In this document: one piece after another, positions 41,069 to 55,847 of the stretch
Position numbering within the stretch: position 1 is the stretch's first letter
How the letters are laid out: each line of letters begins with the position of its first letter
DNA from: Chrysomallon squamiferum
Lineage: Eukaryota > Animalia > Mollusca
Assembly (NCBI GenBank): GCA_012295275.1
Contig: CM022673.1
Location: forward strand, 17,856,001 to 17,920,000
Length of the DNA: 64,000 nt
Reading direction: 5' to 3'
Notes under the pieces: model-generated
Databases searched by the model: none
Told to the model about the DNA's origin: nothing
Seen by the model: only the letters and a program-made list of their open reading frames with translations
Translations under genes and position numbers: made by a program

Positions 41069-41082
41069 GTTACCATAGCAAC
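41069..41082. promoter_or_regulatory. RFX X-box (GTTACCATAGCAAC)
   Basis: Matches the RFX consensus; lies inside a CpG-retaining island (40800-41330). Confidence 0.6.
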
Positions 41083-42918
41083 ACCGCACATCAGATTAAC
41101 CTGAGTGGATTATTTTATCTTACCCTCAACTTGGTCTATATTAGCGAGAAAAAAAAGAAAAAAAGAGAAAAAAATTTGTAGGAGTTTTGGATGAAAGGCT
41201 GTGGAGATTTCACTAATGGCTGGATGGAGTTGTTATTAGTGAATTGTCGGTTAAGTCAAGCCACAGTTTCGTATTTAAATACACGGCAATGGAAAACGGT
41301 TTATTGGTCTTAATGGAATAAAAACGTTTTAATTTTTTAATACTTTTCTTTTTTTGTTGTTGTTAAAAAAGAATGTTTTTGATTTCTTTTTCTTGTTTTG
41401 ATAATTTGTCATGCTGAGAATATTTTACTTAGGTAGAGTTTATTAATTTAAAGCAAAATGTAATTATTGTGTGTGTCTGAAGGTATGTATAATTATATGT
41501 GTTGCTGAGTGTGCACCAGTGTGTATGTAACAACAAACATGTTTTATTTACTTACCTGTTTAGATTTATTACAGTTGTAAGTAAATGTTGGTAACATTTG
41601 ATATATATATATATATATATATAAGTGATTAAACATTAGAAATAAAGATTAGATAAATACAGGCAATTAAAGTTTGATAAGGTAAATAAATCTAAGAGTT
41701 AATAAGAATGGTTGACATTTTGTGAGTGGTTATTTTCAAATAAAATAATTCATATGAACTATTAATTTAAAATATTTAATATGAAAGAATAAAGAAAAGT
41801 GGATTTTTAAATTTCATTTATTTTATTATTTATTTTACTTTATTTATTTATTTATTTATTTATTCATTTTATTATTTATTTTACTTTATTTATTTATTTA
41901 TTTATTCATTTTATTATTTATTTTACTTCATTTATTTATTTATTTTATTATTTATTTTACTTCATTTATTTATTTATTTATTTTATTATTTATTTTACTT
42001 TATTTATTTATTTATTTATTCATTTTATTATTTATTTTACTTCATTTATTTATTTATTTATTTATTTATTTTATTTTTATTTCATTTTCATTTTATTATT
42101 GTATTTATTTATTTAATTGTTTATTTTTATTTATTTATTTATGTACTTTTTTATTTATTTATTTTGTTGCTAATTTAATTACATAGCATTTAAGGTTAAA
42201 TGAAGCCAAATGAGAAAAAAATAAAAAATGACATTAATGATAGTTTTGCATTTTTACAAGATGAAGTTAAAATGAATTAAAGATTTCTAATTTATCTTTG
42301 TAATTTATTAATTTATTTGTTAATTGTTTCTGAAATTGATTGACATTAATTATTTACTAAAGAACTGTTTCATTTAAATTATTTAATGTAAACTAATTAT
42401 TCACTGGATAAATTTTATCAACATTTTCCTTCTTATTTTTACTATTATTATTATTGTTATTATTATTGTTATTGTTATTATTATTGTTGTAGTTGTTGTT
42501 GTTAAAATATTTAGCATTTTCTCAAAGCAGTTATTTGAAAATGTCTGATTTTCTCATAAGAATGTAATGTGTTCCATATGTCGCACATTCAGTGTAACAG
42601 AAAAATAATCAATGTGTTCAAACAGTCATCACTACAAATCAAACTTGCACTTTAAATAAACAAATTATATATTATTGTTGTTATTGTTATTACTATTGTT
42701 GTTGTTGTTGTTTTTGTTATTCCTACTGCTGCTACTATAGTTATTATTGTTGAAACTATTATTAATATTATTATCATAATCATATTTATTATCATTATTG
42801 TCATTATCATCATCATAATCATTATCATTATTATCATTAATGCTATTACTACTACTACTGCTACAACTATTTGTTATTATTATTATCGCTTGGACAACAA
42901 CAACAATAACAACTACTG

Positions 42919-42961
<43 letters not shown>

Positions 42962-43696
42962 TTTGTTTTTGTTCATGTAAAACCTAAGACAACATTGACA
43001 ACTATTAAACCAATGACTGATGGGACAGAATGTTTTATTATACAAGTTTATAATTTCTGTCAAGTACAGGTGTTGTGAATACTCTGTGTTACATCAAACG
43101 TTTTGTCCTCCAGTTTCAGTATGCTCCCTGTGCCCACCCAGTTTCTCTGCTGTGAAGTGTTGCGTGAGACCTCGCAAATAATTATTAATATTTTTCACCT
43201 GTCACAGATCAAAGCAGAAACAGTAGAAGTTGTTTGATAGCAAGCTTTTGTTACAGCTTGTTACTTTGTTATTACCTGTTCAGAAATGTTGTTACATAAA
43301 GATTGTTTTTTCTGAAACTGTAAAAATTAGATCTGTTTTGCACGCTGATGTGAAAACTGAAATAAAACATGAAACAGTTCACAATTCTGACACCTTTTTT
43401 ATTGTGACATTTGGATTATTTCCAGTTCTAAACAGTGCTCCTTAATTAATTGTGACTTGGTGATATGTGATTGTTTGCTGATGTCAAGAGTAGTTGATTG
43501 TTCTGGTCAAGTGGTCAGTAAGAAGTAAAACAGTGGTATATGGACATCACCCTCTTCTGTTTTAATGTGGTCAGCTTCCTGTGGTCTTTAACTAACAATA
43601 ATCATAGAATGTTTTTAATCATATGTTATTTGTGTTAGATGTTCATCTGTTTTATTTTATTTTTAGATTGTTATACGTCTTAAACTGAGTCAAATC

Positions 43697-43697
<1 letters not shown>

Positions 43698-43762
<65 letters not shown>

Positions 43763-43788
43763 TATAATAATAATAATAATAATAAATA

Positions 43789-43880
<92 letters not shown>

Positions 43881-44000
43881 TATAATAATAATAATAAATA
43901 ATATAATAATAATAATAATAATAAATAATATAATAATAATAATAATAATAATCAATAATATAATAATAATAATAGTAGTAGTAGTAGTAGTAGTAGTAGC
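43698..44000. repeat. Long interrupted (AAT)n microsatellite followed by (AGT)n
   Basis: ~275 nt of AAT units with periodic aaat/atat interruptions. Confidence 0.97.
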
Positions 44001-45307
44001 AACAGCAGTAATAATGATGGTGAGGTGCTGATAATAAATAATAATTACAATAGTATTAATAATAAAAATATTAACAGTGGCAATGGTTATAATACAATAA
44101 TTATAACATTAATGTGAATGATGGCAAATAAAGAAATAATTGTGAGTAAACAAAAACATTTGTTGATCTGTTTCTCACATCTTGTATTTTTCTCAGGTGT
44201 TAAACAAAGGTAAGAAATAAATTTTCCACTTGAGTCAGAGTTTGTAAATGTTTTCAGTTTCACCTCAGCAATTTCCCTTTTATTCTTCTGCTTTTTGTTT
44301 TAATCGTCAACAAAATCGAAAGCATAATTCTTTTTTTTCTTTTTTCTTTTAAATTGTTACCTGCATTCAGTAACAAAAGAACAGCACTTCCTTATCATTA
44401 AAAGCATTATTTGAGGAAAAAAAAGTGTAGTGGTACAATTATTTACGCAGATAATGCAACAATAACTAGCATGCTTCACTACAGCGTGGAAGTCGGACAC
44501 CTGCGTTTGAAAGGCCACCACTACTACAACATGATCGGCTAAGGCCATGTTTTTCAGAATTGTGTAATTTAGCAGACCTGTTCTTCTTTTCTAGAAAAAT
44601 ACCAAACAATCACTAAATTGGCCGAGATAAAAAGGCTTGAGAAGCTGCTAATGGATAGGACAACGATGCCAATGTTGCAGCGTCTTTTCTGTGTGCAGAG
44701 CCTCATTGTTTCAAGTCTGCCTCTCTATTGGAGAAATAGATTTTTGAAATAAATGATAGGAGAGAGCAGGGCATGACAATACTGTTTTACAAATTGTTTG
44801 TAGACTTTTTCTTTCTGTTCACAAATGAAAGAGATAAAAAAATATTTTTTTTTTTTTTTTTTTTTTTAAACTGTTTGGTTGCTCAGGGAAACAAAATCAT
44901 GTTTATTATAGACTCAGTCTTTAAAGAATATGTGATAACATATAATGTGTCATTTGTATTACTATTTGTAAAATCTTTTCTTCTTCTTCTTCTTATTATT
45001 ATTATTTTAATTTTTATTTTTCATTTTGATTAATTGATTTAATTGTTTTTTAAATATTTGTGGTATATTTTACACACACACACACACAGACACACACATA
45101 CACACACATATATGTATGTATATTTGTATGTACATATATGTTATTTTGTTTCCAATATTATTTTGCAAGTAATATATTCAACAACAGCAAAAAATTGTTA
45201 TCCATTAAAATTTCTCTTTTTCTTTTCTATTGTTTGTTTTTTTTTGGTTGTTTATTATTTTCAAATTCATTTCTTTATTTGTAATTATTATTATTATTAT
45301 TATTATA

Positions 45308-45352
<45 letters not shown>

Positions 45353-46303
45353 TTATTGTTTGTTTATCTGAACAATGGTATTTGAACTTAATACGAATTA
45401 AACCAGCCACGAAACCATCATTCCCATTGTGCCACCCCCCTTCCCCTATCCCCCGTGTTCTGTTTGCTCGACTAAAACACTTGAGTATTTGTTTTCCTGT
45501 GCCAGCACACTGCACACACGATGTTAATGATGTTGCGGCTGGTGAGGAGGACACACACGTACAGCTAAACCCGAGTTAAGCATGTTGTACACACACTAAG
45601 TATGACCTCACTTTGTGTAAACATTTACACACATACACTTTTACACAAACAGTTCATACCACATACCGCAGTCTTGTTGTTTTTTTGTTTTGTTTAATTG
45701 TAAAGATGATGCAAGTGTTAATATTGGGTATATTGTTTATTTATATTCGATTTAGAAAGAAAGAGAGAAAAAGAGAGAGAGAGAAACAGAGAGTGAGAGA
45801 ACGTCTTTTAGGTTTTTCTTTTAATTTTTCCTTCCTTTGATCTGTCATTCTTTGTATTCTTTCATTCATCTATCATCTAAGTTTTATAATGACACATATA
45901 AATTAGAAATGTAGTTTTCATAAATGCATTTTTTAAGTCTTTCTTTTTCATAATTTTTTCGTTTTTTTTTCTTTATTTATTTACTTATTTGTTATAATAT
46001 TTTTTATAATTCCTTACATTTTTCAAAATCACATTTTTCATAATACCACACATGAGATAATTATGTTACTTTTCATTAGCATGGCTTTTAATGGGTTTTG
46101 TTTCTGTATTTTTTTAATGTCACTCAATGGTTTATGGTCCCTCAATGCTCTTGTAAACAAAATTATTTCTTTCTGGTCTCAGCTTCCCACTGTGTGTTTG
46201 TGTGTGTGTTTGTGTGTGTGTGTGTGAGTGTGCGTGTGTGTGTGTGAGTGTGTGTGTGTGTGTGTGTGCATGTGTGTGTGAGTGCATGCATGAGTGTGTG
46301 TGA

Positions 46304-46342
<39 letters not shown>

Positions 46343-46452
46343 GTGCTAATGATTTTTATTTTAGCTTGTGAGAAAACTGTTTTTATTACATCAGGCTCAT
46401 TGAGTTCATTCCATCTCTTAACAAAGTATTTGATTGGTGCTTTTTAATAATA

Positions 46453-46483
<31 letters not shown>

Positions 46484-46630
46484 GAAGAAGAAGAATAACA
46501 ACAACAACAACAACAAATAATAAATAATAATAATAGTAGTAGTAGTGGTGGTGGTGGTAGTAGTAGTATTAGTATTAGTAATAGTAATAGTATTGTTAGT
46601 AACAAAACTAATGGTTTTAGTAGTAGTAGT

Positions 46631-46667
<37 letters not shown>

Positions 46668-47285
46668 ATTAAATAATAATTAAAATAAATAATAATAATA
46701 AAAAAACAAGAATAAATAAAAATAACAATGATAATAATCACTTGCTTAAACCTTCAAGCAAGAATTGTTTTTAAAGTGTTTGTTTCTAAATAATTAATAA
46801 GAATATATATATTTGTAATGGTTGCCTGTATATCAAACGAACACTCTACCCTTAGACTATGTGTGTGTATAAGAATTAAAAGCATGGACTATGTGTGGTG
46901 TTACAGATATTGTTGTCACAATTTGAAGTCGCTGGAGTGTGACATCAGCTGTCACTTTGTAAGTGATTCAAACAAATATGAAAATTACATCTTATCACGT
47001 AATCTATTGTGACACGCTTGACTGGTCAGTGTTTTGTAAATGTGTTCAGTGGAGCAGGACCCATGACTATTGTTTGACTAACAAATATCAGATTTAGTTA
47101 GTTGTGTTAGTTCAGTGATATCTCACATCTTGACAGTGTGAAATGTTCTGAAATAATTCATAGCCTTTTCAAGGTATCAAAGCATAATGGGAAATGATTT
47201 GTAAGTAACAATAAAAAAAATAAAAATAAAAATAAAAATAATAGTATTAGTCTGACAGTAATGTAATTGTTCTATAAATGAGGTT

Positions 47286-47322
<37 letters not shown>

Positions 47323-48202
47323 GACTAATTTAATAATTAGAAAGATTTAAATAATTTCATAACAGTATTATAACATCATTTATCCTTGGTTTTATCATTT
47401 TTATTCATTTATTTGTATATATGTTTTAGTTTTTTTATTGTTTTTATTATATATATATATATATGGACCATGTGTAAAAATGTGTAATTTTTAAGAATAT
47501 TAATATGGCCTTTGAAAACTACTGACTTGCAATGAAAATAAAGATACCCATATATTTTAATATTAGTATATATATTTGAAAAAAAAAAAAAAAAAAAAAA
47601 AAAAATAAAAAAAAAGGAATAAAAAAAAAAAAAAAAATAATAAGCACCACTATGGTTTTTTAATCTCATTATTTATATTATATGGTCAAAAAACTAAAAA
47701 GTAAAGTGTTGAAAAAGAAACAAAAAATGATATCTTCATATTCCCCTTGATTTCAGCTACACAACAAACCAAATTATTAAGTAATCAAATTGTTTTCAAA
47801 TAAAAATGTGTGTACTACAACCGCAGTTACATTTTTACTGTTAATTTGATAGCCATTATTTTTCTTTGTTTTTTTATTTACATTCTTTTTCTTCTTCTTT
47901 TTAGACATTTTTGTGGTTTTGTGGTTTAAGTATAAACTTTAAGTGTTTGAAATTTGATTCACATAAAAGTCAGATGACACAGATGTCAAACAGAATGTCT
48001 TTGTTTAAGATATCAACAGCTGGACATGTAGATAAATGTTTGTAAAATAAAAACACGAAAATATCTACATCAGTCCAACAGTCCAATTTTTATCAGGAAA
48101 ATGAAATTACATTTTTTTCTGACTTTTTTTCTTAATCATTTTCTGTCATTTCTACATCTTTATTTCTTTACTTTTTCTAATTTTTTTTCTTTTCTCTCTT
48201 TT

Positions 48203-48226
48203 CTCTCTCTCTCTCTCTCTCTCTTT

Positions 48227-48310
<84 letters not shown>
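48203..48310. repeat. (CT)n microsatellite, interrupted
   Basis: Direct dinucleotide repeat. Confidence 0.97.
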
Positions 48311-48317
<7 letters not shown>

Positions 48318-50744
48318 CATATATATATATATCTGGCTTTTCTTTTTTTCTCTCTCTCTTTCTCTGTGTTTTAAGTACTAATGTTACTTATTTAAAGTAA
48401 ATAATATTTCCACGCTGGAAGTAAACAAGACAGGGTGTGTGTTTAATTAGTTTTGAATGTCACTTTATACTCACCTCCAAGCAAGTAACTAATTACAAAT
48501 GTTAACATGCAGGATTTACTGTCCACCAGTCACTAATTAAGAAAAACAAAAATACAAGTAAGGAAGTCTGAAATATTTTTTTTAAACTTCTTTCTCTGTA
48601 TTTGTGTATTATTTATGTGTTGAAACTTCAATGTTGATCAGACAGAGACAGATAGAGAGGAAAAAGAGGCATAGACAGAGACAGACAGAGAAAAAGACAG
48701 AGAGATACAAAAAAGAAAAAAAGAGTGAATACTGCTGCTAGGACCCTTCTACAAAAACAATTGTTGTTTACTTAAGAGTGTAGTTTCATGTGTTAGTGAG
48801 GTGTAGAATATAACAAGTATTAAACAGACTCAGACAGTTGAAAAAAAAACTTCACTCATTTGTCCATCGTTAGGCAATCATTTGTTTTATTTATAAAGAA
48901 ATCATATTTTATTTCAATTAAAAAACTCATTATTATAGTCTCTTTCAAAGAAATCACATTACTAAATTTTATTTCAGTTAAAAAGCTCATTATAGTTTCT
49001 TACAAAGAACATGCTTTTTCCTGTTGTTTTTTTAAATTATTTTTATTCATTTTTCACTTTTTATTGCCATATTAAACATTTTCATTGCCTCATAGCAAAC
49101 ACACAAATGAGACACCAGTCAAGAATTCTGTCATAGCTCTTGTTATTTTTGAAAACGTGTTACAGCCGAGTGTTTGCTGAAAACAACCCTGTTTATACAT
49201 TAATAATAAGAAACAGCAGGTTACATGTTTGAGAAGTCTCATTTCTTATCATGCTTTGCTGCCGTTGACAAATGTTGCAGTTTTGATGATTTTATTAAAT
49301 CTATTAACCAGATTATATGGTGATGTGTTGAGATTCAGGTAAAATCACAGTGGAAATTTCACTTGTTTATGCCTACCATTAACTGGACTAATGGTGGGTG
49401 AAATTTCTCTTACCTGCTTAATTAGCCGGGCTGTATTTTGAATCGTTCAGCTGTTGAAAAAACTCATCAAATATTGATCAAATGCAGTAAGGTAGAACTG
49501 AAAATCTTTTTATTGAAACTTTGTCAGTGTTGATTACTTTGCACCATTGGCATCTCAATATTAAAAAAATATATATTAATAATAAAAAAACAACAAAAAA
49601 AAATGCTTGTTTAAATATATCTAAGTAATAATTTGTTGTTTCTGAAATAATTGTAAATTTTATGTTTTATATATACTTTATATTGTTGTTTCAAGGTGTG
49701 TATGGATGTATGTATGTGTGTACATGTGCATGTGTGTTTGTTTTATTAATTACTTTTTTCTTCTTTTTTGTTGTTTTTTTCTTCCAGTTTCCTTTTTAAA
49801 AATTTTCTTTTTTGTCACTTCATTCTTCTCTTCTTCATTTAATTTTCCTTTTCTTTATTTTTCTTTTCTTTTTCCTTATCATTTATTTCTTTATGTTTTC
49901 TTCACAATTCTTCTCCTCTTCATTGTGCAAATCTCTTTTTCTATTTTCAATATTATTTACTTTTTAATGTGCTAATCTGTAAACCATGGATGCACAACCT
50001 GTTATTGTTATCCTCGTTTTAAAAAACTAAGCGTCTCAATTGATGTAATTTTTGTAATTGGCTTGGTTCTTAAACTGTAATTAATATTAATACGTTACCC
50101 TAGCGCTGTTTCTGATATCAATACCACCATGTTTATCTAATTTGAAAATTATCTGGGTATGCTGCAATAAATTAATGATCAAGTCAAGTAATTTGTGTTA
50201 GGTTCTTTCACATCGTGAAAACAGTGATAAATATTTCAAACTATACATTTGTCCAAGAATTCTTTTAGTTTGAAAACTTAAGCTTTTGGCCAGGCAGAGT
50301 TATTGAAGCAAGTGTGCAGTGATTAGAGAAAACTTTGTTTGGAGTAATCGATGTGAGATAAACAGCCTATGTCCGAGACTTCCCTATTGTCACAGCGAAT
50401 CGTTTCCAATCGGAAATCAAAATTAATTGTTTTAGATTAGTGATCAAAGCTGAATAAGCAGTGAGGTGTTGAAATATGAGATTGAATCAACATTTCTTTT
50501 TATTATTTAAAGAAATTATATCTTTGCAGTCATTAGCACGAAACAGAGATGTTTTATGTGTGATATTTTACATATACATTATTTATGTTACCAGGCAGAT
50601 TTCTCTATACAGTATTAACTGATTTCTTCTGTGTCTCTCCCTCTCTCCTCTCTTTCTGCCTCTATGTTTTCTTTTCTTCTTTCTTTTTTCTGTTTTTTGT
50701 CATTCATTGTCCTGACATTTTTTACTTAATGTATATTTTTGTTG

Positions 50745-50783
<39 letters not shown>

Positions 50784-51803
50784 GTGTGTGTGTGTGTGTG
50801 TGTGTGGAAAGTGAGTGAGAGAAAGACAGAGATAGAAAGAGACAGAGGAAAAAATGTCTGTGTATTTGTATTTATGCATGCATGTGTGTGTGTATGTGTG
50901 TGTGTGTGTGTGCGTGCCTTAAATTTTAACAATCTGATTGTCACATTTGTCAGGCAACATGAAAATGTTGATTACAGTTATTATTTTATTTGATGTGAGG
51001 ATCTGTAGTTTCACATTAAATCATAAATGTCACACAAATCTATTCACACAGCTGTTTTCTTCACAGACTTCATAAGGATAAAAAGTTTAATTTTTAAGAA
51101 AAGAATTAATTATATGTGTGTTGAGTTATTAAGAAATACTGGTGTTTGGAAATTTGACCTTTTTGTTATTCTGTTTATAGATTCAGTCACATCAATGTTA
51201 TCTAAATATTAGGGAAAAAAATATTGAAAAAAAAAAAAAATAAAGAAACTAATGAAGTTCATTAAGATTGTGTTATTGTTTTATTAAGTAGTAATATTTT
51301 TCATTTGTTGCCACATAAAAAATTCTGTTTAATTAATGATTTTGTTTGGGGGGAATACATTATTGAATATAACATTTGTACATGGCTGTATCATCTTGTA
51401 ATTTATAATTGTTACAAAATTTTCTTTTCAGCACAGTTTGTTGTGTTAACAAACTTCTTGTTAACCTTTTACAAAACTTGAACAAAAACAGTTTAAAAAT
51501 AATAATAATTGTTTTTATTCTTTTTCTTGTTCTTAATATAAATTTAAATTTACAAACATTTCAAATCAACATATTGCATTTAAAAAAATATTTTTCCATT
51601 AACTAATTAAGCTATTTTTAAAACAAGAACAACCACAACCACAACAATAGAATTAGATAAACAAATCACAATAAAAATAATAATAAAAATCATAGGATAT
51701 TTTACTTCTAACTTAATCTGAAACAAAAACAAAACATTTCTGTTTTAATTTATTATTTTTAAATTTGTTTTGTATTTTTGAAACGTGTGTTTGTTTGTTT
51801 CAG

Positions 51804-51960
51804 TGGACTGGTACGACGTTGTGTGTGTGTGGCGTTCAGTCGAGACGACTCTGTGATTGTTGTCGGGGACAAGTGTGGAGATGTGTACTGCTTCACCCTC
51901 TCAGACCAGTCCACCCCACCCCAACTCTGCCTCGGTCATCTGTCCATCCTTCTTGACCTG
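51804..51960 (+). CDS. wdr4: WDR4 exon 4
   Basis: Acceptor tttgtttcag|T; GLVRRCVCVAFSRDDSVIVVGDKCGDVYCFTLSDQSTPPQLCLGHLSILLDL with the WDR4/Trm82 hallmarks RRC, DKxGDVY and LGHLSxLLD; donor CTG|GTCAGT; 157 nt, phase 2-0. Confidence 0.97.
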
Positions 51961-53888
51961 GTCAGTACATTTTAAATTAAATAAACAAAATTCAGGGTCT
52001 AGTTTTTTTGAAAAATAAAGAGGAGAAAAATAAATAATTATATTAATGATGAAATAAAGGGGGTTTCTTTTTAAAAATTATTATGTATATATATACACTT
52101 CATTTTTTATATATATATATAAATTGTTGAAATGTATTGGGTTGCCTCTCTATCTGACTATCTATCTAGCTAGCTATCTCATTTATTTGTTTACTTTTTA
52201 ATTTTTTAATGAATGTTTTGTATAAATACATTTAATACCACTGTTTATACAAATAGTTATTATATAGTTTAAAAATAAATAAATAAATAAATAAATAAAA
52301 AGTTATTATCTTAGTTTTCCTTTTTATGATTAAAAAGAATATTTATTTATTTATTTATTTATTGTTTGTTTCACTTTTGTTTTACATTTATCAAAATGAA
52401 AACATGTCTAAAAATAACACTACTAATACAGCTAATAACAAATAATAACAAAAATAAAGGAAAAAGTAAAAATCATTGTTATGCAGAAATTGTTTTTTTT
52501 CATTTAGACAGTTATGTTTGGGAATCTTTGTATTAAAATACTTTTAAAAATATAAAAATATAATAAAAATAAAATAATAAAAACATAAAATTTGAATATA
52601 TTTTTAATATTTTTAAAATTTTATTCCTCTGTTCGGAATTGAACTCAGATGTTAACATACACTGTAAGCGTTTTGCTCCAGTAATTCTGTTGTTTTCTGT
52701 TGATCATTTCTGTGTCTTTTCCTAGCCATGTCAACAGTGCACTTACCAGCAGTTGTCTATTTTCAGTACAAAACAACAAACACAAAAAAAAGAAGTAATA
52801 AAAGCCACTACAATTATGATGATTTTCAATGAAGCTCTAATGATAAACGTGTGTATTGCTAATTAACCAAGATTACATCTTTGAGCCACAAAACATACTG
52901 TTGTGTTAATTCCAGCATTCGTCCTAATCACGAGAAAGGCTTGTTTTTGTCAACGTGCAAATAGTCGTTGAGAAATTAGTATCGACAAAAAAACGTCTAA
53001 TGAAGACAATCCATTATATTGAGTTGTACCTGTTACACACTTCCCAGCCCTGTTATTTCCTTCCCTAACCACTGTCATCTATAATTAGTCCATTCCTCTA
53101 ATACACACACAATTCTTACCTGTTCATCAGAAACCCACTTAAAAAAATCTACTGAAAAACATAGTAATTAGGAGAAATCTAAAATTACCAAGTAGAGTGA
53201 TAATACTTTCCTGAAAACAAATGTAAACCTTTGAGAAACTTGATATTCACCTCTTGAGGCTCTCTCTTTTTTTTTCCCTTTCTGGTTATTCAATAATTAA
53301 AAGTAAAATATGAAGATAGATTATAAGTATCTTTTTTCTTTCTTTTTAAATTTTTTAAAACATTTTTTATGCTTAATTTTTTTTCTATTTTTTTAGATTT
53401 ATTATTATTATTATTATTATTATTACGTTGATGTTTTGTTAAGCAATATTTTTATTATCAAAAAAATTATTTAATGGAAAGAATTAAAAAAATTTAAAAT
53501 AATCTACTAGTTTGATTTTAGTACAAATTCAATATTAATTAGTAGATAAATAAAATTATTTGAATTAAGGTTTGTCTTTTAACTTTACTGTAGAATCTAT
53601 GTTTAAAAAAAAAAAACTGTTAATGATTTATACTACTTACATTACTTTTCAGAATATAAACATCAGAGAATTAATTTATTACTAAAGATTTAGATTATAA
53701 TTAAAGATTATACTAAATACAATCACTGGGAATAAAAAGAAAATTTTTAAATTATTATTATTATTATTATTATGAACATCATCATCAGTATTTTTTTAAT
53801 AGCTATTATTATAATCATTATGTTCATTATCATAATCATCATCATTAATTTTGTTTTGGTTTTAGTTCAATATTTAATAAATATTCAG

Positions 53889-54001
53889 GTTTTAGTTCAC
53901 AGTGATAAATACATAGTGACTTGTGACCGAGATGAAAAGATTCGAATCAGTCACTTCCCGAATTCTTACAACATTCACAGTTTTTGTCTGGGACACACAG
54001 A
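53889..54001 (+). CDS. wdr4: WDR4 exon 5
   Basis: [37 protein letters not shown](E), containing the diagnostic DRDEKIR and FCLGHTE motifs; acceptor ttcag|G, donor GA|GTAAGT; 113 nt, phase 0-2. Confidence 0.97.
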
Positions 54002-55391
54002 GTAAGTACTGATAAATAATACAGTAAAAATAACAAACATTCCGTTACACGCAGACATTGATAATGATGCATAAAAACACAAGGAAATAAATTTTTGTAT
54101 GTGTAACTACTGGAAGATAGTTTATTATTAATTATTATTATTTATTTATTATTATTATTATTATTGTTGTTGTTGTTATTATTAATTTATTTTATTATGT
54201 CTATTTATTTGTTTCTTTGTTTTATTTATTTTTGTATGTTTTTCAAAATGAAGTTAAAACCAAATTTATCTAATTGTTTTATTACATTACATTACATTAC
54301 ATTACATTACATTTTATTTTATTTTATTTTATTTTATTTTATTTTATTTTATTTTATTTTATTTTATTTTATTTAGTTTATTTATGTATGTAGGTATCAA
54401 TTTGTTGTTTTTTAAATTGATGATTATTTGCTAAATAAAAAAGTATGACTTTATTCTAGAAGAAACAAAATATAGTTTCTTTTTCATATTATTTGAAAAA
54501 AAAAAAATTGTAAACAAAATATTAAATTTATGGTAAAAAAAAAAGAAAAAAATATTGACGAATAACCTTGTAATGTAACTATGCAATTAAATTAAGAGAT
54601 ACACTGTTCATGTTTTTATTACCACTGTAAAATATTTCATTACTTTTCACAAATTTTATGTCCTATCTTTAAAATATTTGGTTTCTTGTTATTTTAGAGT
54701 TTTTTGTATCTTTTTTTTAATTTTTTTTTTTTTTTTTTTTTAATACAAACAGGGAAGACAGTTTTCTACAACAAACATTTCTTTCTGTTAAAAGATAAAT
54801 TATTCTTTAATGCAATGTGACATGATGGGCAAAGGGAGATTATCCACACATTATTAATGCATCAACACATTTTTTATTGGCTCTATCAGTTGGTTATGGA
54901 TTAGAGATAACAAATGCTGATGTTTACTGTTGATAGTTGGTTCAATAAAGAATCAAAGAGATTTAATAGAAAATTCATTTAACAACTAGTGTACTATTGA
55001 TCAAAAATGTTTGCCTGTAAGTACAGGTATAGATGTATGTCAAAACAAATAGAAAAATATTTCTGTTTTTTTGTTGTTTTTTTTGCATAATCTTCTCTAC
55101 ATTTGATTAAAGAGTTGCCTGCAAAAAATTCTTTTTTAAAAAAAGCAAAAATAAAAATATGATGGTGATGATTATGATTATCACCATCATCATATTTATT
55201 TTTATTTATTTACAATAATAACAATAATAATAATAGTAATAATTTTAATAATATTAATAACAATGACAGTAATGATTATAATTAAAAAAAAAAAATAGTG
55301 AAAAAAAAAAGAAAAAGAAATAAAAACCAAACTGATTAAGGTAGATTATTGTGTTTGTAATGTTTGCTAGTAAAGCTGTGTATGTTTTCAG

Positions 55392-55449
55392 GTTTGTCAG
55401 CAGTCTGGTTTATGTGGAAGAAGAAGATTTACTTATTTCTGGTTCAGGG
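55392..55449 (+). CDS. wdr4: WDR4 exon 6
   Basis: Acceptor ttttcag|G; (E)FVSSLVYVEEEDLLISGSG continues GHTEFVS...LLxSGSG; donor GGG|GTATGT; 58 nt, phase 2-0. Confidence 0.94.
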
Positions 55450-55847
55450 GTATGTTTATTTTTGTTTGTACTTTATTGCTAAGTTACACAAACTCTCTAA
55501 TAAGTTTATTATTTTATTATTAAAATTATTTCATATTAACACATTTTAATACTCTGTGTGTGAATCACATATTTAACAATTTTATAAATGCATTAAATAG
55601 TTAAATAAAGTATAACAACTTTCATTCAAATTGATATCATTATGCATCACTCAGATTTGCTTCATTCAAAGTCACTCAACAGTTACATTTCATTCTAACT
55701 CAAATGACTTATGCATCATTCAGGCTCAAAGCTATGATTTGAACATGAACTATGAGTAAAGGTGGAATATCCTGAAGTCTCAGAAAACAGAAATTGAGAT
55801 ATATATACATATATATATATATTTTTTTTAATGTTTTAATTATGCAG

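Larger units (their letters stand above)
19942..51803 (+). other. WDR4 intron 3 (31,862 nt)
   Basis: GT..AG intron; exon 3 (ends CG) and exon 4 (starts T) join in frame as ..ASTRGLVRRC.., contiguous with the WDR4 family sequence, so no constitutive exon is missing. Confidence 0.9.

Noticed and set aside
10000-51000. Known conserved miRNAs or a nested protein-coding gene in the large introns
   Set aside because: I recognised no mature miRNA sequence and no chain of coding exons on either strand. A Rfam/miRBase/tblastx search is needed to exclude them properly.
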